Assembly: GCA_049647405.1 (NCBI GenBank)
Contig: JBARXP010000084.1
Location: 8,252-72,251, forward strand
Source of the DNA: Elainellaceae cyanobacterium
GTDB lineage: Bacteria; Cyanobacteriota; Cyanobacteriia; CAKZMO01
Direction: 5' to 3'
Length of the DNA stretch: 64,000 bases
Part shown: positions 9,404-19,064 of the stretch, one piece after another
Numbering within the stretch: the first letter of the stretch is position 1
How the letters are laid out: each line of letters begins with the position of its first letter
The notes under the pieces: generated by a model
Databases searched by the model: none
Told to the model about the DNA's origin: nothing
What the model saw: only the letters and a program-made list of their open reading frames with translations
Position numbers and translations under genes: made by a program

Positions 9404-11152
9404 TCACCTCGACAGCGGTCGCGGGGTATGGGTCGAAAACGAGTAGATACGCTGGGTTTCGAGAGAATCACACATGGCTGAGGGTGTCACACTCTGGATA
9501 GCGGGATCATGGCTGAGGTAAAACACTTGACGAGTCAGCTGCACTTGCAAATTTGTTAGGGGGTCGTGGCCCGACGCCACCAAAAACTCCAGCCGCAAAA
9601 TTTGAGGCCACGTCGCGACCTCATCTAGAATATCGGCGATCGCCTCGACATAGGGATGCCCTCTATCGCGATACCAGTCTGAGGTGGCCAAATCGGGCTG
9701 ATCAAACCCCATATGAACCGTCAAAGAGGTGCGCCCAAAGAGGGCGATCGCCACCGGACGCGCCTCCTCTTGAACCAGAAGATCGTGAGCCTGAGCCACA
9801 TGCCGCAGCTTTTCTAACCGTTCATAGCGTTGAGACATCGGCTGCGGTTCGTCATTCCATTGCAGCGCTAGCGTGACGAGATAGGTCTGGAGCAACAGGT
9901 GTCCCAGCTTTTCAGCCTTAGTTGCCAAGTAAGCCATGTTGTAAGGGTTCGCCTCAATCAACAACGGCACTCGGCTGACCATTTCGAGACCATAGCCTTT
10001 GATTCCCGCAATCTTACGCGGATTGTTTGTAATCAGGCAAAACTGCCGTACACCAATGTCGTTGAGAATTTGAGCTCCCATGCCATAGTTGCGCTGATCG
10101 GCTTGAAAACCAAGCTTTTCATTGGCCGCAACGGTGTCGAGCCCCATATCTTGCAGCGTGTAGGCTTTGAGTTTGTTGACAAGGCCAATGCCTCGACCTT
10201 CTTGGCGCAAGTAAACCACGACCCCAGATCCCGCCGACTCAATCATTTTAAGAGCCGCCTGAAGTTGCCCTCGGCAGTCGCAGCGCAGAGAACCCAGCGC
10301 ATCGCCTGTCAGACACTCTGAATGAACCCGCACAAGAATCGGATTGTCCTTAAAAGTCTCAGGATCGCCTTTGACCAGGGCAACATGCTCAGAATCATCT
10401 AGCAGATTGCGATAGCCGTAAATTCTGAAGGTGCCAAACTGAGAGGGCAACTCAGCAATGGTTTCACGTTTGACAAACCGTTCGTGCTGTAGCCGATAGC
10501 TAATCAAATCAGCAATGCTGATCAGCTTTAGGTTGTGGTGGCGCGCATATTCAATCAGCTCTGGCAGACGCGCCATCGAGCCATCAGGATTTTGAATTTC
10601 ACAAATGACCCCAGCCGGATATAACCCCGCTAATCGCGCTAGGTCAACTCCAGCCTCCGTATGGCCTGCTCGCTTGAGCACTCCGCCTTCCTTCGCGCGG
10701 AGAGGAAAAATATGACCCGGACGGCGCAGGTCACTGGGGCGGGTGCATGAGTCGATCGTCGCCTGAATGGTGCGGGCTCGATCTTCAGCAGAGATACCCG
10801 TCGTGACCCCCAGGTGAACAGCCGCATCGATACTTACGGTAAACGCCGTTTGCTCACTTTCATCAGCCTTATTGCTGACCATCAGCGGCAGGTCGAGTTC
10901 ATCGAGGCGATCGCCCATCATGGCTAAGCAGATCAGCCCCCGCGCCTCTACTGCCATAAAGTTAATCATGTCTGGCGTGGCAAATTGCGCGGCGCAGATC
11001 ACATCACCTTCATTTTCACGATTTTCATCATCAACAACGACGATTGATCGCCCTGCTTTGAGTTCAGCGAGTGCAACATCGATAGAGTCAAATTGAAAGT
11101 CGCCAAATTCAAACGCTTGGCCTTCATCGGATCGTAGCGGTTCCACAGTCAT
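9404..11152 (-). CDS. ribBA: Bifunctional 3,4-dihydroxy-2-butanone-4-phosphate synthase / GTP cyclohydrolase II (RibBA) with a C-terminal extension of about 170 aa
   Basis: DHBPS motifs ([17 protein letters not shown]) followed by GCHII motifs ([27 protein letters not shown]). An uncharacterised tail follows from about residue 410. Confidence 0.9.
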   Translation of the reverse strand: MTVEPLRSDEGQAFEFGDFQFDSIDVALAELKAGRSIVVVDDENRENEGDVICAAQFATPDMINFMAVEARGLICLAMMGDRLDELDLPLMVSNKADESEQTAFTVSIDAAVHLGVTTGISAEDRARTIQATIDSCTRPSDLRRPGHIFPLRAKEGGVLKRAGHTEAGVDLARLAGLYPAGVICEIQNPDGSMARLPELIEYARHHNLKLISIADLISYRLQHERFVKRETIAELPSQFGTFRIYGYRNLLDDSEHVALVKGDPETFKDNPILVRVHSECLTGDALGSLRCDCRGQLQAALKMIESAGSGVVVYLRQEGRGIGLVNKLKAYTLQDMGLDTVAANEKLGFQADQRNYGMGAQILNDIGVRQFCLITNNPRKIAGIKGYGLEMVSRVPLLIEANPYNMAYLATKAEKLGHLLLQTYLVTLALQWNDEPQPMSQRYERLEKLRHVAQAHDLLVQEEARPVAIALFGRTSLTVHMGFDQPDLATSDWYRDRGHPYVEAIADILDEVATWPQILRLEFLVASGHDPLTNLQVQLTRQVFYLSHDPAIQSVTPSAMCDSLETQRIYSFSTHTPRPLSR

Positions 11153-11578
11153 TCCGAGAAATCTTGCCTTCTATAGGTTGGATTATGTCAATCAGCATGC
11201 TCGAAATCATCTCGATCATTCGATCGATTAATTTAGTTCAAATCAAATCAATTCGATTGGAATGATTTTGAGAAGCTCTACGCTAATAATTCTAACGGGA
11301 TTGCAGAGTTAGCGGGTTGAGCTAATGGATTGAGTTGCCAGAGATTGAGTTGCTAGCGCGCACCGTCATGCATCTCTCAACCGTGAACTAATCGGGAACC
11401 CATCGTGAACCCAAATTCTGAACCAGGGTGCTACTGTTTGACTTGGAGAAACTTGCTCTATTTAGCTGTTTCTTTGAGTCCCATCTTCTCATCTGTATTT
11501 TTTAAGACTGCGATCAAACCAGATGGCAGACATTGCACTACAATTCAACTCTGAAGAGCGGTAAGGACGGCATTTGAT

Positions 11579-12637
11579 ATGGATGACGCAGCGAAAATTC
11601 CTCTTGGGATTGTTGGAGCCTCAGGCTATGGAGGAGTTCAGCTTGTGCGTCTCCTGCTAGAGCATCCAAACTTGGAGATTGCCTATCTTGGGGGAGACAG
11701 CTCAGCCGGGAAGTCGTTTGGCGATCTTTATCCCCATCTAGGGCATCGTGCCAACTTAAAAATTGAACCCATTGATCTAGACGTGATTGGCGATCGCTGC
11801 CAAGTCGTGTTTCTATCTTTGCCCAATGGATTAGCCTGCAAAATGGCTCCAACCCTGCTAGAGAAAGGCTGTAAAGTCCTGGATCTCTCAGCAGATTATC
11901 GATTTTCAAACCTCGATACCTACAAAACCTGGTACGGCGTTGAGCGAGACGATGAGCCAACGGCACGCGATGCCGTATATGGGTTGCCTGAGCTATACCG
12001 CGATCGCATCAAATCTGCTCAGCTTATCGGCTGTCCAGGCTGCTACCCTACCGCCACCTTGCTGGGGCTCTCCCCCTTGATGAAGCAAGGACTCATCATT
12101 CCAGAAACAACAGTCGTTGATGCGAAATCAGGCACGTCTGGCGGCGGACGCAAAGCGGCTACTCACTTGCTTCTCGCAGAGGCCGACAGCTCGATTGGCG
12201 CTTACGGCGTGGCTCGCCATCGCCACACCCCCGAAATTGAACAAATCTGTAGCGACCTAGCAGGCCATGAGGTGCTGATTCAGTTCACGCCTCATTTGAT
12301 GCCCATGGTGCGGGGCATTTTATCTACCATTTACGCCACCTTACGCGATCCGGGTCTGGTCAGAGAAGACCTGATCACGATTTATCAAGCCTTCTACCGC
12401 AACGCGCCTTGGGTCAATATTTTGCCGAGCCGCACCTACCCCCAAACCAAATGGGTCTGCGGCTCTAACCTCTGTCAGATTGGCATTGAGGTCGATGCTC
12501 GCACGGGCAGAGTCATCGTCATGTCGGCGATTGACAACTTGCTCAAAGGGCAGGCCGGACAGGCGGTTCAGTGTGTGAACCTAATGATGGGCTGGGACGA
12601 AACATTGGGGTTACCCAAGACGGGCTTTTATCCCTAA
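11579..12637 (+). CDS. argC: N-acetyl-gamma-glutamyl-phosphate reductase
   Basis: [13 protein letters not shown]-binding motif, active-site PGCYPTA, and a C-terminal [13 protein letters not shown]. Confidence 0.9.
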   Translation: MDDAAKIPLGIVGASGYGGVQLVRLLLEHPNLEIAYLGGDSSAGKSFGDLYPHLGHRANLKIEPIDLDVIGDRCQVVFLSLPNGLACKMAPTLLEKGCKVLDLSADYRFSNLDTYKTWYGVERDDEPTARDAVYGLPELYRDRIKSAQLIGCPGCYPTATLLGLSPLMKQGLIIPETTVVDAKSGTSGGGRKAATHLLLAEADSSIGAYGVARHRHTPEIEQICSDLAGHEVLIQFTPHLMPMVRGILSTIYATLRDPGLVREDLITIYQAFYRNAPWVNILPSRTYPQTKWVCGSNLCQIGIEVDARTGRVIVMSAIDNLLKGQAGQAVQCVNLMMGWDETLGLPKTGFYP

Positions 12638-12690
12638 GCGCTGGCGCTAAAAAGCTGCTGAGGAATTGTCTCCAGCAGTTTGCCGCACAT

Positions 12691-14361
12691 CTAAAGGGTA
12701 GCTTCGGTCTGAACAGGCAAGTCTGCCAAGAGCGATCGGTCATGGCTGACTAAGGGAAACTTGATCTGCCCTTCGGCCACGCCTCGTTTCACCAAGCGCT
12801 GGCGAAGTTGGTCAAAGCTACCTGCCTCTAAAACCCTAAGGCGGGGTTCTGGAATCTGGTCTTTGCGTTTGACCGCATAGGAAAAGTGAACCTCACGGAG
12901 ATAGTCGTCAAATTGGCGAATGAATTCTTGAGGACTATCGAGATGGTATCCCTCAGCGACTTCGATATTGACCCAGTAGTGAGGGCGCACCAAATCATCT
13001 GACAGCGTCACGCAAAAATTTTCTAGCTTTAGCCCAAACCGTTGCTGGAGATATTGCATCACCTGAGTAACGTGATATTCTGTCGTTTTTTCGGTCGAGG
13101 CTGAAATCACCCCGCCGCGACGGTGACGGAAGATGAATCGCGGAGCGCTGCCGCAGAAGCCCTCAATTTCGACGACATCGCCCAGATCATATCGGTAGAA
13201 GCCACTATAGTTTGTCACCACAATTCGGTAGCGATCGCCAACTTGTACCTCCCACGGCAGTAAGGTTTGCGGCTGCTCCTCGTCCCACTGGTCTTCAGGA
13301 ATAAATTCGTAGAAGCCGCTGTTCAACGAAAGAATAACGCTATCGGTGTTGAAATCTCGGTGAACCCCATAGGTCGCTTCAGCAGAGGCATAGGTGCCGC
13401 CAAACACAGGGGTCTTGCCAAAATAGTCAGGAAACCTCTCGAAATAAACGTTTGAGCTGCCACCCCGTGCTGTGGTGATAAACGACAGGTGCGGCCATGC
13501 CGCAATCGGCGTCAGCCGCCCTTCAGTGGAGAGAATCTGCTGAAGTTGAGCCGCCCGTTGAGGATGAGGCCGCCACTTTTTCTCTAGGAGCATCCGCAGA
13601 TTGGGTTCGAGCTTGATCCGATAGCTAATTTCTCCTGCGGCTAAATCTTGCAGCAGCTCTGCGGCATAGGCGTTCAGATCTTGAGCTAATTGCAGCGCCA
13701 GAATCGGAAACGTAGCACTGATGATGCGCAAGTCAGGACAGCTTAGGGCAAATAAGAGACAAATATAGGCGCGATCGCCAATATTGGGCACCTGCAATGC
13801 TTCAAAGGGGTACGCAAAAAGCTGCTGATACAGCCCTCCGGTCAGCTTCAAATCTCCGGTACTCACCGGGCCATAGGTAATCCCCCCAGAGGTTTTGCCA
13901 GAAGGTTTGGCCGATCCGCTGTAGAGCATCTTGCCGAGAGGACGGCGATCGCGCTCTGCTGCGGATGCGACAAATCCCATGGCAACCTGAGTCGCCTGAG
14001 TCACCGCCCGACGCGATCGCTTCGTCACCGGAATCAGCTTTTTATGCCCGGTAGAACCGCTCGTCATGTTCATGAAAATCAGCGGATCGGCCACCAAGAC
14101 TCCAGATTCGCCCTGGGCCATGCGATCGATATAGGGTTCAAAGTGGCTGTAGGGTTTGACCGATAGGCGATCGCGATAGTGATCAATCGTCTTGATGTCT
14201 GAGAACCCATAGGTTTGGCCATAAACCGTGTGCCGATGATGATGCAAGAGCGATCGCAAAAATTGCTCCTGAACCTGTTCAGTGTGCTGAGTTTGCCGAA
14301 GAAACTGAGTTTTGGCCTGTTTTGCAATCAGAGAGAGTCCGGCGAACAAAACGCGATTCAT
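12691..14361 (-). CDS. GH3 family (auxin-responsive GH3-like acyl-acid amido synthetase fold) protein
   Basis: 556 aa. N-terminal Q..FL..LL....T.YG..YGF, then the adenylation-type motif MTSGSTGHKKLIPVT, then YASAEA and YRYDLGDVV blocks as in GH3/ANL-superfamily proteins. Confidence 0.75.
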   Translation of the reverse strand: MNRVLFAGLSLIAKQAKTQFLRQTQHTEQVQEQFLRSLLHHHRHTVYGQTYGFSDIKTIDHYRDRLSVKPYSHFEPYIDRMAQGESGVLVADPLIFMNMTSGSTGHKKLIPVTKRSRRAVTQATQVAMGFVASAAERDRRPLGKMLYSGSAKPSGKTSGGITYGPVSTGDLKLTGGLYQQLFAYPFEALQVPNIGDRAYICLLFALSCPDLRIISATFPILALQLAQDLNAYAAELLQDLAAGEISYRIKLEPNLRMLLEKKWRPHPQRAAQLQQILSTEGRLTPIAAWPHLSFITTARGGSSNVYFERFPDYFGKTPVFGGTYASAEATYGVHRDFNTDSVILSLNSGFYEFIPEDQWDEEQPQTLLPWEVQVGDRYRIVVTNYSGFYRYDLGDVVEIEGFCGSAPRFIFRHRRGGVISASTEKTTEYHVTQVMQYLQQRFGLKLENFCVTLSDDLVRPHYWVNIEVAEGYHLDSPQEFIRQFDDYLREVHFSYAVKRKDQIPEPRLRVLEAGSFDQLRQRLVKRGVAEGQIKFPLVSHDRSLLADLPVQTEATL

Positions 14362-14540
14362 GGATTCAATGCCATATGAGATTTAGAGATGTGCGAGCCA
14401 TTGTCTCTGCGCATGATGAGTTGCGCAAGGTCTCTTATGCAAGTTTTTAAAAAGGCATGACAGCAATCGTCTAAGCAACCAGCATAAATGCAGAACTTAC
14501 ATTCAACACATGCGGCGATCGCATCACCTCAAAAGAACCC

Positions 14541-14554
14541 GTATCAGGCGATAC
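14541..14554 (+). promoter_or_regulatory. Perfect NtcA consensus box GTA-N8-TAC, with an AATAAT -10-like hexamer 21 nt downstream
   Basis: GTATCAGGCGATAC read at 14541-14554 and AATAAT at 14576-14581. This geometry matches class II NtcA promoters, with a predicted TSS near 14588 on the + strand toward nirA. Confidence 0.55.
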
Positions 14555-14941
14555 AAGAAAAGTCGTTTGTTGCTGAATAATGAAACCTAAGCGAACAGAA
14601 CATATAAACAATTTTCAATCTTCTAGTAGTAGGCGCTATTTGTTAAGCAGTTTCAGTCTACAGATTGTTTTCTCCTTCAGCAGATTCAACTGTTCATGCT
14701 GAACCGTAGCACTCTGGTTCATTGGCTTAAATATGTAGAAATCATAGGATTTGTCAATACAAGCTGCCTTAGAAGAACTATTGATAAAGCAGAAATTTAA
14801 CACACTTACTAAGCTCAGTTACTACGCTCAACTTGTATATGTCCGCAGGCTTTTACTTTTCTAGATGAAGGCTTCGAAATTCTCGTTCGAGACTTACGAT
14901 TTTCTTAAATTTACCGCCATTTTGTTTGTGAGCAGGTACCC

Positions 14942-16492
14942 GTGACCCAAGTTCTAACTGACTCTAACTCCAAACCCGATAAGTTGAATAAGTTTGAACG
15001 CTTTAAGGCCGAAAAAGATGGTTTAGCCGTCAAAAATGAGTTGGAACGCTTTGCTGAAATTGGCTGGGAAGCCGTTGACGAAACCGATCTCACCCAACGG
15101 TTAAAGTGGCTCGGCATCTTCTTTCGTCCGGTGACTCCTGGCAAGTTTATGCTGCGCCTCCGGATGCCAAACGGAATTTTGACCAGTCAGCAAATGCAGG
15201 CGTTGGCTGAAATCGTTCAACGCTACGGTGAAGATGGCAACGCCGATATCACCACCCGCCAAAATCTCCAGCTACGCGGCATTCTTTTAGAAGATATTCC
15301 TGATATTTTTCGGCGGCTAAAAGCCGTTGGCATGACCTCGGTGCAGTCCGGTATGGACAATGTCCGCAACATCACAGGCTCCCCTGTTGCAGGTCTTGAT
15401 GCGAGTGAGCTGATCGACACCCGCGAGTTGGTGCAGGCCGTTCAAGACATGATTACCGACAGTGGCGAAGGAAACGCCGAGTTTACGAATTTACCTCGCA
15501 AGTTCAATATCGCCATTGAGGGCGGGCGAGACAACTCCGTCCATGCCGAAATCAACGATATCGCCTTTGTTCCGGCCTATCGCGAAGGGGTGCTAGGCTT
15601 TAACGTCCTCGTGGGCGGATTCTTCTCGGCCAAGCGGTGTGAGGCGGCGATTCCGCTCAATGCATGGGTGCAGCCCACCGTCGATGCAGTGGTTGAGATT
15701 TGCCGCGCCATTCTCGAAGTCTATCGAGACAATGGTCTCCGGGCTAATCGCCAAAAGGCTCGACTGATGTGGCTAATCGATGAGTGGGGGCTAGACACCT
15801 TTCGTGCAGCTGTCGCCAACCAGATCGGGCAAGAGCTGCTCACGGCTGCACCCGAAGATGCAATTGACTGGGATAAGCGCGACCATATCGGCATTTTTCC
15901 GCAGCCGCAACCAGAGCTGAACTTTGTGGGGCTGCATGTGCCCGTCGGACGGCTTTATGCCAGCGATATGTTTGATTTAGCCCGGATTGCTGAAGTCTAT
16001 GGGGCAGGCGAAATTCGGCTGACCGTTGAGCAAAATGCCATTATTCCCCATGTACCTAACAGTGCTTTAGAGGCTCTTCAGCAAGAGTCGATTCTGCAAC
16101 GGTTTACGCTCACTCCCCCTCCTCTAACGCGATCGCTCGTCTCCTGTACCGGAGCCCAGTTCTGTAACTTTGCCTTAGTTGAAACGAAAAATCGTGCCCT
16201 GGCGCTGGCTCAGGAAGTTGAAACCGAGATGGAGTTGCCTAGCTCTGTACGGATTCACTGGACAGGCTGCCCCAACTCCTGCGGTCAACCCCAAGTCGCT
16301 GACATCGGGTTCATTGGCACCAAGGCGCGAAAAGACGGTAAGACCGTCGAAGCCGTCGATATCTACATGGGAGGCAAGGTCGGCAAAGACGCCAAACTGG
16401 GCGATCGCGTCATGAAAAGTATCCCCTGCGATGATTTAAAGCCCGTTCTCAAGCAACTGCTGACCGAACACTTTGGGGCGATCGCCAAATAG
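14942..16492 (+). CDS. nirA: Ferredoxin-nitrite reductase
   Basis: 516 aa. Sulfite/nitrite reductase ferredoxin-like half-domains and the siroheme/4Fe-4S Cys cluster (SCTGAQFC ... WTGCPNSC). GTG start. Confidence 0.9.
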   Translation: MTQVLTDSNSKPDKLNKFERFKAEKDGLAVKNELERFAEIGWEAVDETDLTQRLKWLGIFFRPVTPGKFMLRLRMPNGILTSQQMQALAEIVQRYGEDGNADITTRQNLQLRGILLEDIPDIFRRLKAVGMTSVQSGMDNVRNITGSPVAGLDASELIDTRELVQAVQDMITDSGEGNAEFTNLPRKFNIAIEGGRDNSVHAEINDIAFVPAYREGVLGFNVLVGGFFSAKRCEAAIPLNAWVQPTVDAVVEICRAILEVYRDNGLRANRQKARLMWLIDEWGLDTFRAAVANQIGQELLTAAPEDAIDWDKRDHIGIFPQPQPELNFVGLHVPVGRLYASDMFDLARIAEVYGAGEIRLTVEQNAIIPHVPNSALEALQQESILQRFTLTPPPLTRSLVSCTGAQFCNFALVETKNRALALAQEVETEMELPSSVRIHWTGCPNSCGQPQVADIGFIGTKARKDGKTVEAVDIYMGGKVGKDAKLGDRVMKSIPCDDLKPVLKQLLTEHFGAIAK

Positions 16493-16605
16493 CTGATGTG
16501 TGCAACGGTGTTGCACGATAGGCGATCGCGGCACACCCTTGTACAACCTTGACAGGCTTAAACGTTCTCTTTCCTCGCACTCTTGAATAAATCTTCCACC
16601 GAACT

Positions 16606-17451
16606 ATGACCCTAGCTGCAAAGAATTCAGAGAACAAACTCGCAACAGCCATCGGTAAGTTTCTTGGCCCCGGCGGCACCAACATCATCTATCCCGTGTT
16701 GGGGGTTATTGCGGTGATCTTCATCTGGAGTCTAGTCTCCTGGTCTACCACCCAGAACGAATACCCCAGTGAGTTACCCAACCCGACTCAAACAGTTCAA
16801 GACAGTATTCCGTATCTCCAAAACTTCTTTTCTGCGAAGAGGGGCGACGAAGGCATCTTTATTTTGACCGCCCTCAGCCTGATGCGAGTTGCAGTTGGGT
16901 TTGTGATCGCGACGCTGATTGCGGTTCCCCTTGGGTTCTGGATTGGCACCTCTGAGAAAATATCCAAAATGCTGATGCCCTTGGTGCAGTTGGGCAAACC
17001 CATTTCCCCCTTGGCCTGGTTGCCCATTGGCATTACTGTTTTTCCGGGTGGCCAAAATCTTCCTGCCGTCTTTGTCATCGTCATCACGTCTCTTTGGGCG
17101 ACGCTCATTAATACCGCTCTGGGTGTTCACAACATCCCGCGCGACTATTGGAATGTGTCTCGGGTTCTCGACCTATCTCGATGGCAAGTGATTACCCAGA
17201 TCATGATTCCTTCGACGTTGCCCTACATCTTTACTGGAATGCGCCTCAGCCTAGGAACCGCATGGCTAGTCATCGTGGCAGCAGAGATGCTGACAGGGGG
17301 AACTGGCATCGGCTTCTTCGTCTGGGACGTTTACAACACAGGGGATATTAGCCTCGTGATCTTATCCCTCGTGATCATTGGAGTCGTCGGATTATGCCTC
17401 GACCAGCTCGTTGCATTTGTTGAACGAAAAGTCGTCGGCAATGTGAGCTAG
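16606..17451 (+). CDS. nrtB: Nitrate/nitrite ABC transporter permease
   Basis: 281-aa polytopic ORF of the NitT/TauT permease family. It sits inside the nir-nrt-nar cluster. Confidence 0.85.
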   Translation: MTLAAKNSENKLATAIGKFLGPGGTNIIYPVLGVIAVIFIWSLVSWSTTQNEYPSELPNPTQTVQDSIPYLQNFFSAKRGDEGIFILTALSLMRVAVGFVIATLIAVPLGFWIGTSEKISKMLMPLVQLGKPISPLAWLPIGITVFPGGQNLPAVFVIVITSLWATLINTALGVHNIPRDYWNVSRVLDLSRWQVITQIMIPSTLPYIFTGMRLSLGTAWLVIVAAEMLTGGTGIGFFVWDVYNTGDISLVILSLVIIGVVGLCLDQLVAFVERKVVGNVS

Positions 17452-17595
17452 GTCAATCGACCCAAGCTGCCTTGAGTCCTAGTTTGCTTCACATGCTCCA
17501 AAGTCATCGCCAACCCTTAAGCATCCTTTGGCTTAAGCAGGTGATGGCTGCCACCAGAAACTCTAAACATTTTCGAGATTTTTTTGAGGATAATT

Positions 17596-18978
17596 ATGGA
17601 TCGTCGTAAATTTCTAAAGTATTCCAGCCTCAGTGCCGCAGGGTTAGCCTTTGCTTCATGTGCTGGAGGGTCTGACACCTCTACATCTGAAGGCGATTCA
17701 GCCGATACGGCTGCGGTGTCTGATGCCCCTGCCGTTGATTTTGGCCCCCTAGAAAAAACCGATCTGACGCTGGGCATCATCCCGCTAACGGACTGTGCTC
17801 CCCTGGTGATCGGTTATGAAAAAGGAATTTACGCAAAATATGGCCTCAACGTCACCATCAGCAAAGAGGCAAGCTGGGCAACCGTGCGCGATGGCCTTGT
17901 GGGTGGTCGCTTAGATGCCTCCCATGCCCTGTGTGGAATGCCCATGCTGACTGAGCTTGGCCCCGACCAAGCACCCATGCGATCGCTCATGATGCTTGAT
18001 CGCAACGGCAACGGCATCACCCTTTCTAAAAATGCATGGGATGCAGGCATTCGCCCCAGCATCGACTACGGCAGTTTCGATGAATTTGCCGAAGCCTACC
18101 GAGGCTACATCCAAGGGTTCTCTGCACCTCCCACCTTTGCGATGGTGTTCCCCTCATCCATGCACAACTACAACACCCGCTACTGGCTATCGGCCATGGG
18201 CATCGACCCCGAAAACGATGTCGATTTGATTGTGATTCCGCCGCCGCAGATGGTGGAAAACATGAAAGCCGGAACGATGGACGCCTACTGTGTGGGTGAG
18301 CCGTGGAACCAGCGAGCCGTGTTTGATGAAGTTGGCTTCTCTGCTGTTGTCGATCGCGACATTTGGAAAGGCCATCCTGAGAAAGTGCTGGGTACGATGC
18401 AGTCTTGGATTGACGAAAATCCAAATACAGCCCGTGCCCTCACTGCTGCGACCCTAGAAGCCTGTCAATATTGTGACCAGCTCGATCAGCGTCTAGATAT
18501 CGTAGAAGTAATTTCGGGTCGTCCCTATGTCAACGCAAAGGTTGACTACGCCAAAGCGTCCATGACCGGAACCTACAACTACGGCGGCTTTGATGATACC
18601 GATCGGACGAAGCCCATCGAAGACTTCAACCTGTTCCATAAGCTAGAAGGGCTAGATTACTTGCAGGGAGCCGACAATGCCAACTACCCCTACAAGTCTC
18701 ATGGCGTCTGGTTGCTGACTCAAATGATTCGCTGGAACCAGATCGACATGACCGAGTATCCAGCCGATGCCGATGAGATCATCTCAAGAATTTACCCCAC
18801 TGAAATTTTTGAGGAAGCCTCAGAAGCTCTGGGTATCGAGGTTCCTAGTGATCCGATGCCTGTGGAGCCTGCCGAAAACTTTATCGACGGCATGGCCTTT
18901 GACCCGAGTGACCCAGTTGGCTATCTCAGCGGATTTGAGATTCGCGCGGGTGCTCCTCGTAAGTTTGCCTTTAGCTAG
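17596..18978 (+). CDS. nrtA: Nitrate/nitrite ABC transporter substrate-binding lipoprotein
   Basis: MDRRKFLKYSSLSAAGLAFASCAG is a Tat-type lipoprotein signal. The mature domain is paralogous to the NrtC C-terminal domain (LGIIPLTDCAPLV, CVGEPWNQRAV). ATG at 17596 with GAGGA 5 nt upstream is preferred over the TTG at 17584. Confidence 0.85.
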   Translation: MDRRKFLKYSSLSAAGLAFASCAGGSDTSTSEGDSADTAAVSDAPAVDFGPLEKTDLTLGIIPLTDCAPLVIGYEKGIYAKYGLNVTISKEASWATVRDGLVGGRLDASHALCGMPMLTELGPDQAPMRSLMMLDRNGNGITLSKNAWDAGIRPSIDYGSFDEFAEAYRGYIQGFSAPPTFAMVFPSSMHNYNTRYWLSAMGIDPENDVDLIVIPPPQMVENMKAGTMDAYCVGEPWNQRAVFDEVGFSAVVDRDIWKGHPEKVLGTMQSWIDENPNTARALTAATLEACQYCDQLDQRLDIVEVISGRPYVNAKVDYAKASMTGTYNYGGFDDTDRTKPIEDFNLFHKLEGLDYLQGADNANYPYKSHGVWLLTQMIRWNQIDMTEYPADADEIISRIYPTEIFEEASEALGIEVPSDPMPVEPAENFIDGMAFDPSDPVGYLSGFEIRAGAPRKFAFS

Positions 18979-19064
18979 GCTTTCGGCCTCCTAAACCATG
19001 GGGCATCGTAGTTGATGCCCCTGTCTACCGTTTGTTTCTTTGCTATTCAACCTCGAAGACGCTT

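Noticed and set aside
11153-11578. FMN riboswitch upstream of ribBA
   Set aside because: I read both strands and could not find the conserved FMN-element core segments (the GGGUGAAAUUCCC-type and CCGACAGU-type blocks). The region looks like an ordinary divergent promoter spacer.
11538-11966. 142-aa ORF antisense to the 5' part of argC
   Set aside because: It overlaps a clearly real argC frame, and its Arg/Ser/Leu-rich composition is typical of antisense frames in GC-moderate genes.
14626-14639. Second NtcA-like sequence GTAGTAGGCGCTAT (GTA-N8-TAT)
   Set aside because: The right half-site is imperfect, I saw no suitably spaced -10 hexamer, and the perfect site at 14541-14554 is the better candidate.
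18026-18424. 132-aa ORF antisense within nrtA
   Set aside because: It lies inside a confident nrtA frame and has an Arg/Ser/Cys-rich composition typical of antisense frames.
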